Positions 38,822 to 50,889 of a stretch of 64,000 nt of DNA are shown here, piece by piece (position 1 is the first letter of the stretch; every line of letters begins with the position of its first letter). The DNA is from Isurus oxyrinchus. Taxonomy: Eukaryota. The DNA is taken from positions 8,122,001 through 8,186,000 of the forward strand of contig JANJGN010000020.1 in assembly GCA_026770705.1 (NCBI GenBank). The letters run 5' to 3'. The notes beneath the pieces were generated by a model. That model searched no databases. It had not been told where the DNA came from and saw only the letters and a list, made by a program, of their open reading frames with translations. The position numbers and the translations under genes were made by a program.

Positions 38822-40305
38822 GGGAAAGCAGAATGTAATGGTAATGTCACTGGGCTAGTAATCCAGAGGCCCAAGCTAAAATTCTCTGGATAAGGGTTAA
38901 AATCCCATCATGGCAGCTGGTGGAAATTAAATTCAGTTATTAAATCTGGGATTGAAAGCTAGCCTCAGTAATGGTGACCATGAAACCACTGTCAATTGTC
39001 GTAAAATCCCATCTGGTTCGCTAAAGTCCTTTAGGGAAGGAAATCTGCTGTCCTTACCTGGTCTGGCCTACGTGTGACTCCAGACCCACAGAAATGTGGT
39101 TGACTCTTAAATGCCCCCTGCAATGGCTGAGCACATCACTCAGTCATATCGAACTGCTACAAAGTCGAAAAGTAATTAAACTGGACGGACTACCCGGCAT
39201 CGACCTAGGCACCAGAAATGACAATAGCAAGCCCAGCCCTGTCGACCCTGCAAAATTCTCCTTGCCAACATCTAGGGACTTGTGCCAAAATTGGGAGAGC
39301 TGTCCCACAGACAAGTCAAGTAACAGCCTGACATAGTCATACCCACTGAATCATACCTTACAGACAATATCCCAAACACCACCATCAGCATCTCTATGTC
39401 CAACCGGCGGGACAGACCCAGCAGAGGTGGCGGCACAGTGATATTCTGTGGGGAGGGAATTACCCTGGATGTCATCAACATTGACTCCAGATCCCATAAA
39501 GCCTCATGGCATTGGGTCAAACATGGGCAAGGAAACCTCCTGCTGATTACCATGTACCGCCCCTCCCTTAGCTGATGAATCCATGCTCCTCCATGTTAAA
39601 CACCACTTGGAGGAAATACTGAGGGTGGCAAGGGCGCAGATTGTACTCTGGTTGGGGACTTCTATGTCCATCACCAAGAGTGGCTCGGTAGCACCACTAC
39701 TGACCGAGCTGGCCGAGTCCTAAAGGACATAACTGCTAGGCTGTGTCTGTGGCAGATAGTGAAGAACCAACAAGAAGGAAAAATATACTTAACCTCATCC
39801 TCACCAACCTGTCTGCCACAGATGTATCTGTCCATGATAGTATCAATAGGAGTGACCACCACACAGTCCTTGTGGAGACAAAGCCCTATCTTCACATTGA
39901 GGATACCTTCCATTGTGTTGTGTGGCACTACCACCGTGTTAAGTGGGATAGATTTTTAACAGATCTAGCAACTCAAAATTAGGCATCCATGAGGTGTGGG
40001 CCGACAGCAGCAGCAGAATTGTACTCAGGCACAATCTGTAACCTCATGGCCCGGCACATTCCCAACTCTACCATCAAGCGGTGGGATCAACCCTGGTTCA
40101 ATGAAAAGTGCAGGAGGGCATGCCAGAAGCAGCACCAGGCATACCTAAAAATGAGGTGTCAACCTGCTGAAGCTACAGCAGAGGGCTACTTGCATGCCAA
40201 ACAGCAAAAGCAGCAAGCGATAAACCGAACTAAGCGACCCTACAATCAATGGATCAGGCTTATGTTCTGCAATCCTGCCATACCGAGTTGCGAATGATGG
40301 TGGTC
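38822..40305 (+). mobile_element. Family B LINE 5' part, beginning with the SINE-like tRNA head
   Basis: 38822-39144 matches the SINE head; APE motifs ANI*GL and PDIVIPTESYL start near 39264; NILNLILTNL and SDHHTV follow. Confidence 0.85.
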
Positions 40306-41000
40306 ATATGAGCATATGAAATAGGGGCAGAAGTAGGCCGTTCAGCTCCTTGAGCCTGCCCTGTCATTCGGTAAGATCATGGCTGATCTGTTTGTGTTTC
40401 ACATTCTACCTCCAATAACCTTAGATTCTTGTTAGGCAAGCGAATCAATCTAGCTCCACCTTAAAAATATTCAATGACCTCTCACTCACCGCCTTCTGAG
40501 GCAGAGAGTTCCAAAGTCACACAAGTGTCAAGAGAAAAAATTTCTCCTCCTCTCTGTCCTAAAAGGGCGACCCCTAATTTTAAAACAGTGCCCCCTAGTT
40601 CCTGGACTCACCCACAAGAAGAAACATCCTTTCCACGTCCATCCTGTCAATGCCTTTCAGAAACTTATATACTTCAATCAAGCCACCCCTCACTGTTCTA
40701 AACTCCAGTGGAAACTGGCCCAGTCTGTTGAATCTTTCCGCATAAGATAACCTCATTCCAGGTATCAATCTAGTAAACCTCCTCTGAACTGCCTCCAACG
40801 CATTTGCATCCTTCCTTAAATAAGGAGACCAAAACTGCACACAGTGTTCACGATGTGGTCTCACCAATACTGTGCCAAGTTAGTTTAAACCTTCCCCAAT
40901 AGCTCTACCAAGGAATTCAGCTCCAGTTCTATTTAGGTGCAACTGGTGCAGCCTGTACAGGTCCCAGCTCCCCCAGAGCCAATCCTAATGTCTCAAGAAT
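40306..41000 (-). mobile_element. CR1 fragments
   Basis: VRPHREHCVQFWSPYLRKD ORF and CR1 tail near 40306-40400. Confidence 0.75.
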
Positions 41001-41004
41001 CTTT

Positions 41005-43965
41005 CTTTTTTTTAATTCATTCATGGAATGTGGGCTTTGCTGGCTGGGCCATCATTTATTGATTTATTGCCCATCCCTAGTTACCCTTGAGAAGGTGGTG
41101 GTGGGCTGCCTTCTTGAGCCGCTGCAGTCCATGTGATGTTAGGAGGAGAGTTCCAGGATTTTGACCCAGTGACACTGGAGGAACGGTGATATATTTCCAA
41201 GTCAGGAAGGTGAGTGACCTGGAGGAGAACTTCCAAGTGGTGGTGTTCCCATTAATCTGATGTCCTTGTCCTTCTAGATGATAGTAGGTTTGGAAGGTGC
41301 TGTCTAAGGAGGCTTGGTGAATACCTGCAGTGCATGTTGTAGATGGTACACACTGCTGCTACTGTGCGTTGGTGGTGCAGGGAGTGAATGTTTGTGGATG
41401 CGGTGCCAGTCAAGCAGGCTGCTTGAATGGTGTAAAGCTTCTTGACTGTTGAGGGAGCTGCACTCATCTAGGCAAGTGTAGAGTATTCCATCACATTCCT
41501 GACTTGTGCCTTGTAGTTGGTGGACAGGCTTTGGGGAGTCAGGAAGTGAGTTACTCTCTACAGAATTCCCAACCTCCGACCTGCTCTTGTAGCCACAGTG
41601 TTTATATGGCTAGTCCAGTTCAGTTTCTGGTCAATGGTAACCCCCAGGATGTTGTTAGTGGGCGATTCAGTGATGGTAATACCATTGAGTGCCAAGGGGC
41701 GACGGTTAGATTCTCTCTTGTTGAAGATAGTCATTGCCCGACACTTGTGTGGTGCGAATGTTACTTGCCACTTGTCAGCCCAAGCCTGGATATTATCCAG
41801 GTCTTGCTGCATTTGGACAGGGACTGTTTCAGTATCTGAGGAGTTGCGAATACTGCTGAACGTTGTGCAATCATCAACGAACATCCTTCCATCAATAGGT
41901 CAGAAGTAGGGAAGATCTTTGATGAAGCAGCTGAAGACGGTTGGGCCAAGGATACTATCCTGAGGAACTCCTGTAGTGAGTCCTGGAGCTGATATGACTG
42001 ACCTCCAACAACCACAACCATCTTCCTTTGTGCTAGGAATGACTCCAACCACCGGAGAAGTTTGCCCCGATTCCCATTGACTCCAGTTTTGCTAGGGCTC
42101 CTTGATGCCACACTCAGTCAAATGCTGCCTTGGTGTCAAACGCAGTCACTCTCACCTCACCTCAGGAGTTCATCTCTTTTGTCCATGTTTGAACTAAGGC
42201 TGTAATGAGATCAGGAGCTGAGTGGCCCTGGCGGAACCCAAACTGGGCATCAGTGAGCAGGTTATTGCTAAACAAATGGCACTTGATAGCACTGTTGATG
42301 ACCCCTTCCATTACTTTACTGAGGATGGAGAGTAGACTGATTGGGGTGGTAATTGGCCTGGTTGGATTTGTCCTGCTTTTTGTGTACAGGACATACCTGG
42401 GCAATTTGCCACTTGGCCGGGTAGATGCCAGTGTTGTAGCTGTAGTGGAACAGCTTGGCTATGGGCGCGGCAAGTTCTGGAGCACAAGTCTTCAGTACTA
42501 TTGCCAGAATATTGTCAGGGCTCCAATCCTTTGCAGTATTCAGTGCCTTCAGTCATTTATTGATATTACATGGAGTGAGTTGAATTAACTTTTGACTGGC
42601 ATCTCTGATGCAGGGGACCTCCAGTGGAGGCCAAGATGGATCATCCACTCGGCATTTCTGACTGAAGGTTGTTGCAAATGTTTCAGCCTTATCTTTTACA
42701 CTGATGTGCTGGGTTTCCCCATCATTGAGGATGGAGATATTTGTGAAGCCTGGTCCTCTAGTGAGTTGTTTAATTGTCCACTACCATTCATGACTGAATG
42801 TGGCAAGACTACAGAGCTTAGATCTGATCCGTTTGTTGTGGGATTGCTTAGCTCTGTCTATCACTGCTTATGCTGTTTGGCATGCAGGCAGTCCTGGTGT
42901 AGCCCCACCAGGTTGACACCTCATGTTTAGATATGCCTGGTGCTGCTCCTGACATGCCCTCCTGCACTCTTCATTCAACCAGGGTTGATCCCCTGGCTTT
43001 GTGGTAATGGTAGAGTGGGGGATATGCTGGGCCATGAGGTTACAGATTGTGTTCAAGTATAATTCTGCTGATGGCCCACAGTGCCTCATGGATGCCCAGT
43101 CTTGAGCTGCTAGATCTGAAAGAAATCTATCCTATTTAGCACAGTGGTTGTGCCACACAACACAATGGAGGGTATCCTCAATGTGAAGGTGGGACTTTGT
43201 CTCCACAATGACCGTGCAGCAGTCACTCCAACCGATTATGTCAAGGACAGATGCATTTGCGGCAGGCAGGTTGGTAAGTAAGTATGAGGTCAAGTATGTT
43301 TTTCTCTCTTGTTGGTTCCCTCACCACCTGCCGCAGACCCAGTCTAGCCGCTGTCTTTTGGGCCTCGGCCAACTCAATCAGTAATGGTGTTACCAAGTCA
43401 CTCTTAGTGATGGGCATTGAATTCCCTCACCCAGAGTATATTCTGCACCCTTGCCACCCTCGGTGCTTCCTCCATGTGGTGCTTAACATAGAGGAGCACT
43501 GATTCATCAGCTAAGGTTTCCTTGCCCATGTTTGACTTGATGCCATGAGACTTCCTGGAGTTCAAAGTCAATGTTGAAGACTCCCAGGGCATCTCTTTCC
43601 CAGCTTATCTCTGCAGAGATGGTGGTGTCTGCGACATAAGGGATATGATTCTTTGAGGATGACTGTCAGGCTGATGTTATTAAGGAGGGCTTTGCAGGGT
43701 CGACAGGGCTGAGTTTGCCGTTGTTGTTTCCGGCACTTAGGTCATTGCCAGGTGATCCGTCTGGCTTCATTCCTATCTTGAGACTTTGTAGTGGTTTAAT
43801 ACAATTGAGTGGTTGGTTTGCTAGGCAGAGGGCAGGCAGCAGTTAAGAGCCAACCACATGGCTGGGCCTGGAGTCACATGTAGGCTAGATTGGCAGATTT
43901 CCTTCCCTAAAGGGCATTAGTGAACCAGATGGGTTTTTACAGTTGTCAATGGTCATGGCTGAAAC
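41005..43965 (-). mobile_element. Near full-length (about 3 kb) family B LINE with a partial SINE-like head
   Basis: Tail at 41005-41100; RT (PISLLSILSKVME, QFGFRQGHS, MFVDDC); APE (EFNAHH); head-related sequence at 43810-43965. Confidence 0.88.
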
Positions 43966-44244
43966 TAGTGGAGTAGCACAAGGATCAGTACTTGGGCCTC
44001 AGCTGTTTACAATCTAAGTTAAGGACTTAGATGAAGGGACCAAATATATCCAAATTTGTTGATAATACAAAGTTGGGTGAGAGAGTAAGCTGCGAGTGGA
44101 TGCAGTGAGTCTGCAAGAGTATTTGGACAGGTTAAATGACTGGGCAAGAGAATGGCGGCTGGAATACAATGTGGAGAAATGTGAAATTATCCACTTTGAT
44201 AGGAAGAATGGAACTCAGAATATCTTTTAAAGTGCCATTTATTC

Positions 44245-44445
44245 CAGATCTGGCAGCATCTGTGGAGAGAGAAACCAGAGTTAATGTTTTGAGTCTGTAT
44301 GACCCTTCTTCAGAGCTCTGAAGAGTTGTGCGGACTCAAAACGTTAACTCTGTTTTTCTCTCTGGAGATGCTAACAGACCTGCTGAGTTTTTCCAGCACT
44401 TCCTGTTTTCAGATTTCCAGCATCTGCAATATTTTGCTTTTATCC
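44245..44445. mobile_element. Palindromic Penelope-derived element
   Basis: Centre cagagctctg (44311-44320) with mirrored arms, each containing a CTGAAGA...GACTC-AAAAC motif. Confidence 0.75.
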
Positions 44446-45244
44446 CGTTTACTCAACCTTTGAGCATAATCAAATGGGCTTCCTGTTGCAAGGTTCCCTC
44501 CGGTGATCCATCCTGTGGTCTTCAACTCTTCACAATCCTTGTTTTCTCGAACATGGATTCCATCTTCACCAGCCCTCCGCTTGGGTATTACCCCAAAAGC
44601 AGTCCTTTTCTTCTGCCTGGTATAGTAGCACTTGTTAGTTGCCTTCCCCAAATCTTTCGGTCTGACTTCCTTTGAGAGGCCATAGGCAGCAAGAACAGCT
44701 GCCTTCTCCTGTTGCGTTTATATTAAAACTTGCACCTTACTTTCAATAAGTGCCTATGGCAACCAGGTTATATGGGATTGTCTCTGGGCAGACTTTGAGG
44801 TTGCATGCCCCTCTCCACCACTCCATTTTTGCCTTGAATTAAAGGAGACCGGTTTAAACAACCATTTTATGCCCAGCAGTCACATTTTTAAATTCAGTTC
44901 TCATTTTAGCTGATGTTACGATCGCTGCCTCAATAGTGTCTCTGTTTTGACCTCACTATAATTATTATGGTATGATTGGGTTGAAACTTTGTAGGCTGAT
45001 TTGGAAAGTGAGTGTTTCGAGTTCAGTGTTTGGTGTTGAACTGCCCTTCAGTGATCTCAAGATAAGTTGGGATATATAGATGTGGTTTGATACTGTCATA
45101 TGGGAGGGGAGAAGCATGGCATAGGTTTCCATCATCTTTATTGCAGTTGTGTGACCATTGTATTGCAAGGGTGGGTGAGGAGTGTATTTGTTTGTCAGTA
45201 TGGAGCGCATAGGACAGATTTTTATATAAGCAGTAGCCTGTAGA

Positions 45245-45652
45245 TCGGCACCCCTTCACCCCCTTAAACATTCACTCCCTCCACCACTGATGCACAGTGT
45301 CAGCAGTGTGTACCATTTACATGATGCACTGCAGCAACTCAGAGGCTTCTTCAACAGCACCTACTGTGAACTCTAGCATCTAGAAGGGCAAGGTAGCAGA
45401 TGCATGGGAACAACACCACATACAAGTTCCCCTCCAAGTTGCACACCATCCAGTCGCTATGTTGCCATTCCTTCCCTGTTGAGTCAAAATCCTGGAACTC
45501 CCATCCTAACAGCACTGTAGGTGTACCTAAACCACATGGACTGCAGCAGTTCAAGAGGCAGCTCACCACCACCTTCTCAAGAGCAATTAGGATGGGCAAC
45601 ACATGCTGGCCTTGCTGGCGAAGTCCACATCCTGCGAATGAATATTAAAAAA
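45245..45652 (+). mobile_element. Family B LINE 3' end
   Basis: gcagcagtgtgtaccat...caccttctcaagagcaattaggatgggcaac tail. Confidence 0.8.
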
Positions 45653-46361
45653 CACATAAATTGACAAAATTGAATGAAGTTTGAACTTTTCCTTAAACTT
45701 ATGTGTATTAAAAGTTTTACTGGGTGTTTTGTGTTATATTTGTGCAGCTAATGCTTTTGATTAGAAAATCATCTTTAAGGCAGGCAGGACACAGAATAGA
45801 TGTAATTGGATTAGCTGTGAAGAGGTACAAAGAGTTCCTTTGAAGAGATTAAACTGACTGACAATTTTACAATTAAACCCTCCCAAACAATGACACTGGG
45901 AGATGGAGCTTGCCAGTCAGAGTCAGCTAGCAAACACTCAAATACCACTCGAGTTCACACGGAATGCATTTTGGAGGATGTGATCACTCTATTTACGGAA
46001 ATTAAATAAATGTACTTATGAGAAAGCATTTAATAATGAGGTTATTTGCAGATACTTGTAGGAGGGGTGGGGGGAGGGCGGTAGGGGTGGGAGGCGAGCT
46101 GGGGCAGCAGGTTGTGTAAAGCCAGGAGCATGAGTGGGGGCGAGAGCATTATCCAAGACAATGGCTCTGCATCCTGTTCATTAGGATTTGACTTTCCTTT
46201 CATCCCATAATTGGTTTAGTGGGTCTAATGAGACTCTCAGAATGAAGATTTGTTTTGGTGATATTTTGGCTTCTATTTCAGTCTAAAGCTTTTTTTAAGC
46301 AGTAAAGTATCAGCCACCAATCACCCACCCATTCATGGAAATTAACTCTTTTATTTTACAG

Positions 46362-46482
46362 GGAGCAGATAATTAAGCCAATGAGAGTTAAGCCAGACGG
46401 CACAATGGGTCCCTTGGAGGAAGTAGCCAATGAGTACACCAGTGATCACAATTCCACTTCAGATTCTGATGAGAATATCTAG
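46362..46482 (+). CDS. RIC8B: RIC8B terminal coding exon
   Basis: ttttacag|G GAG CAG...; (R)EQIIKPMRVKPDGTMGPLEEVANEYTSDHNSTSDSDENI*, with TAG at 46480-46482. Matches the RIC8B C-terminal KPMxxKPDGTxxPLEE motif. Confidence 0.92.
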
Positions 46483-46954
46483 TGGGGCACCTTCTATCCC
46501 TTCGCGGAACTCTGCCTTTCTTTAATTATTTTCACAGGACCTGTTTGCCAGAAGGAAAAAAAATGGTTTCCAGCCTGGAGTGCAGATGATGCATTAGGTC
46601 ATCTCTAAAGCTTCCTGACAGCTGTACAGAAAGGCTGGCCTTATCTGCAGAGAGGATACTTTCTATTTATTTCTTTTGCACCATCTTTATACCATTGTTT
46701 GTAAGGCCAGAGCACTATAAGTTTCCAGTGTCATCCAGTTCCACAACTGACAGCATCAACAGTCACTGGAGTTGGAATGAAAGGACTGCCATTCTGGATT
46801 GATCTCCACTGGGAAGCAATATGAGCAGAACAGAGTGCGTCGTATCAGAGAGAGTGAAGTGACTGTTCCAGAATTACACTGTACAGAATCGTGCTTGGTA
46901 TATTTAAATTACTCAATGTATTGAAGTTAGTCCAACAACATCTAAATTTTTAAA

Positions 46955-47175
46955 AACTTGCATTTTCAGAGTATTTCACAGCATGTCACAAACGATTCAT
47001 TATTTCTGAAATGTAGCCACTGCTGTTATGTAGGTAAACACGACAACCATTTTGTGTACTGCAAGGCCCCACTACTAACATGAATGACCAGCTGATCTGG
47101 TTTTGGTGCTGCTATTGAGGGATGGAAGTTGGTCAGGACACCAGGTGAATGTTTCTGCTCTTCAAAACAATGTGC
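46955..47175 (-). mobile_element. Deu-domain SINE fragment in the presumed RIC8B 3' UTR
   Basis: Reverse complement gives gaagagcag...ggtgtcctgaccaac...ccctcaa...cagatcagctggtcatt...acaaaatggttgtcgtgtttacctacataacagcagtggctaca. Confidence 0.65.
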
Positions 47176-47489
47176 TGCTTTTCCTCCTAAAAGAAATAGG
47201 ACCAAAGAATTCAAAATTGGTGGCAGGAGGAATGATCTGGTTTAATGTCAATTACAAAAATTTGTCAAAAGAGCAACACAGCACTGCAGTGTCTTGCTGA
47301 GCAGTGGGATTATACCTCCTTGTGATCCAGATTGTACCAGTCTGGGGAAAACTTAATCCTGGGCTCTGTGTTGCCTTCAGTGAGGAAGGAACTTAAATTG
47401 AATTAAGTATAACGCAATATTACACAAAGAGAGCTTGGGGAGCCAAAAGTTCCCTGTTGCTTTCTACATGGCAACATCTCAGCCAATCA

Positions 47490-48245
47490 GTATAGACCAT
47501 ACCCAATTAGCTCGTGCTGGCAAAACTCAAAACACGGTGTCCAACGTTAGATCTGATTTCACGATTAGACAACATTTGCAACAAAGCTATGTCCAGTGCT
47601 CTGTCCTTTTTTTTACTGTTGATCTTAGCAATTCAGTTGCATAAGTAGGAGAATTTTGATGATGCATCTTCTAAAACACGCATGCTAAATAATGACGCTG
47701 ACACCCAATTTAATATTCCGTCAGGCTCGTAGTGTGGTGCATTTGCGTGTACTGGAAGCTACATATATTAATACACAGGGCCCTGTTCTTTGCAGACAGA
47801 AAGAACATGTACACACATTGCACCTGTTTCAACTAAATAAAACAAGTGACAGCCATTTGCTGACTCATTCCTCAGGGCAATGTCTTGACCAATCAGGGTC
47901 AAGCTACCTGGTTTAAATTTCAAACAATGCTTCGCAGTTAACTGTCAGTCACCATCACTGATACATTCTCCATAGCAATGCCTCTACCACTCAGAGTCCA
48001 CTTGCCAGCCAATCAGCACCCTCTTCACATACAGTATAAGTTGTTGTTTTCCCTTTTATATCGGTTTTCTGGTGAAGTGTCCTGACGAGTACAAGACAAA
48101 ACACTTTGACGTCCCTTTTTTTTCAGCAATACTCAAATTCTCTATTACCAAATGACTATTTGAAATTTGACATTCTTGCATTTGTCCTGATGAGTGCAAG
48201 ATGAAAAGCTCTGGCAACATGTCTCTCTTTTCAGCAATATTGAAA
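47490..48245 (+). mobile_element. Penelope-like element 3' fragment (GIY-YIG C-terminus and pLTR)
   Basis: KTQNTVSNVRSDFTIRQHL and RQARSVVHLRVLEATYINTQGPVLCRQKE, followed by two hammerhead-like motifs. Confidence 0.75.
48182..48217 (+). ncRNA. Degenerate minimal hammerhead-like motif
   Basis: UUGUC-CUGAUGA-GU(GCAAG)AU-GAA-AAGCUC-U-GGCAA; a second, more decayed copy lies at 48077-48112. Confidence 0.55.
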
Positions 48246-49484
48246 TTCTGCTCTACAGAGCGACTGATTAAGTATAACTGATTAAATGGTGTGTTTCCGA
48301 GTTTGTTGGTTAGTGAAATAGAATATATAAATATCAAATGTGCATCGAGCAGCATTTATTGCATGTGATCATGATTAGTACAAACTGTTATTTTAGGCAA
48401 TGATGGTTTAAACAAAGCTCAAACTTTAACTTTTAAGAATTAGAATTGGAAATAGGAAGCTATAATCCTATTTTTTGAGCTGGGTTGTTGATAAATCCTG
48501 AAATTAAAATAAACTTAACCTGGTTTTTAATGTTTTAAAGGTGAATAATCAGATTTCTTGTAAATGGTATTTTGCAAAACAAACAGAAACAGCTTCTTTG
48601 TCATAGCTGTGGAATGAAAGATATTGCCTCTGAGCATTAACCGATTCTCTTTGGTGTATCCTGATGATGACTCTATAGTAGCCACTACAGTTTCTGTTCT
48701 GTTTGGATATAATCAGCTTTGGGTGACTCTCTTTCACGGAGGCTTACTGCCAAATAAGTACCACACATTCAACTTTAATCACTGGCTGTGGTAACCATCG
48801 ATTTCTGAAGTTGAGCTTTTATTATGGTGGAAACTGCAACAAGTCCTGATAGAAAAATTACATCTGTGAAACTTTCAGTACTTTTATAGTTTATAATGAT
48901 GAGAAGGGAGGATTGGGAATCTGCCTTCCTTCAGTACTTTACAAATTTGCATCCTGTATCACACGAGCTAATAAAGTGATTACAAAAATATAGATTAGTC
49001 CAGTGGCATCTTTAACTTCAGCTGAACAGTGACCCAAGCATCATAGATGGAACCTGTACTGTTATTTCCATGATGATTTATATCTGCATTAAACCTCTAA
49101 GGAAAATGTGCTGTTTTAAGTGCAGGGATTCTCAAATTTCTCAAGCATGCATGTTTTAGAAGATGCATCATCAAAATTCTCCTATTTATACAACTGAATT
49201 GCTAAGATCAACAGTAAAAAGGACAAAGCACTGGATGAAGCTTTCTCAAAGAATTCAAGAATGATCCTGCAGAGAAGGCTGCTCGTTCCAGCATGCAGTG
49301 AGACGTTTGCTCCCTCAGAAGAATGATGCAAAATACAGTGGCTTCTGTTGCATCTACACAGATGCAAAGTTCTTGTTGGCCATGGTATTGTAGGATAGTT
49401 TCAGCACAGGAGGAGACCACTTGGTTTGTTGTGAACATACCAGCTCTCTGCAAGGGAAACTTTGCCACCATCTCCTCTGAGTCT

Positions 49485-50885
49485 AACTTGGTAATGTTGC
49501 TGGACTAGTAATCCAGAGGCCCAAGCTAATGCTCTGGGAACATGGGTTCAAATCCCAACCTGGCAGCTGGTGGAATTTAAATCCAATTAATAAATCTGGA
49601 TTTGAAAGCTAGCCTCAGTAATGGTGACCATAGAACTAACACTGATTGCTGTAAAAACCCTACTCGTTCACTAATGTGCCATCCTTACCTGGCCTGGCTT
49701 ACTTGTGACTCCAGGCCCATGCCCACAGCAATGTGGTTGACTCATAAGAAAGTAAGTAGTAGGAGGAGGAGTAGGCCATTCGGCCCCTCGAGCCTGCTCT
49801 GCCAATCAATAAGATCATGGCTGATCTGCTTGTTCTGATTTGATTCCCTTGCTCCTTGTGTCCTCTTCACAGCATACTTTCCTACTGATCTTTGTATCAC
49901 CTGCAACTTTAGCCACCATGCCATCGCTCCCTTCATCTAAGTCATTGATGTAAATTGTAAAAAGTTGAGGCCTTAGCACAAACCCCTTCGGGACTCATGG
50001 AAACTAGGAGCAGGAGTAGGCCATTCGGCCCTTCGAGCCTGCTCCACCATTCATTATGATCATGGCTGATCATCCAACTCAACAGCCTGCTCCCACTTTC
50101 TCCCCATACCCTTTGATCCCTTTCGCCCCAAGAGCTATATCTAACTCCTTCTTGAAAGCATACAGTGTTTTGGTCTCCATTCATCACATCCTGCCAATCA
50201 GAAAAAGACTCATTTGTGCTTCCCTGTTTTCTCCCAGACTGCCAATCTTCTATCCAGGCTAATACGTAACCTCCTCCACCATGAGCTTTTATTTTCTGCA
50301 ATAACCTTTGAGGTGGCACCTTATCAAATGCCTTCTGGAAATCCAAGTACAGCATGTCTACAGGCTCCCCTTTATCCACAGTACATGTCACTTCAAAGAA
50401 CTCCAGTTAATTGGCTAAACATGATTTTCCTTTCACAAAACCATGCTGACTCTTCCCGATTACTTTGCATTTTTTTAAGTGCCCAACTATAACCTCCTTA
50501 ATGACTGATTCTAACAACTTCCCCACAACAGACGCCAAGCTAACTGCCCTATAGTTTCCTGTTCTCTGCCTCCCTTCCTCCTTGAATAGAACGGTTGTAT
50601 TTGCTACTTTCCAGGCTGATGGAACCTTTCCAGAACCAAGTGAATTTTGGAAAATTAACACCAGTGTGTCTCCTACTGCATTAGCCACCTCTTTTAAGAC
50701 TCTAGGATGTAGTCCATCAGGACCCAGAGACTTGTCAGCCCAGAGCTCAGCACCTCTCCCTTTGTGACTAATAACTGCCCTCTGAAATGATCTATCAAGC
50801 CACTCAGCTCAAGGGCAGCTAAGGATGGGCAACAAATGCTCACCTTGCCAGTGACGCCAACATGCCAAGAAAGACTTTTTTTAAA
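49485..50885 (+). mobile_element. tRNA-headed SINE split by a CR1 (49748-50764, - strand) that itself holds a CR1 3' fragment (about 49995-50175)
   Basis: The SINE halves join across the insertion, flanked by TGACTCATAA/TGACTAATAA; CR1 motifs YLDFQKAFDKVP and SQHGFVKGKSCL. Confidence 0.8.
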
Positions 50886-50889
50886 AACT

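Noticed and set aside
44750-44763. RFX X-box-like motif gtgcctatggcaac
   Set aside because: A single short intronic match with no supporting context.
4807-46482. Calling the gene RIC8A because it is next to a SIRT3-type gene
   Set aside because: Diagnostic residues ([42 protein letters not shown]) match RIC8B.
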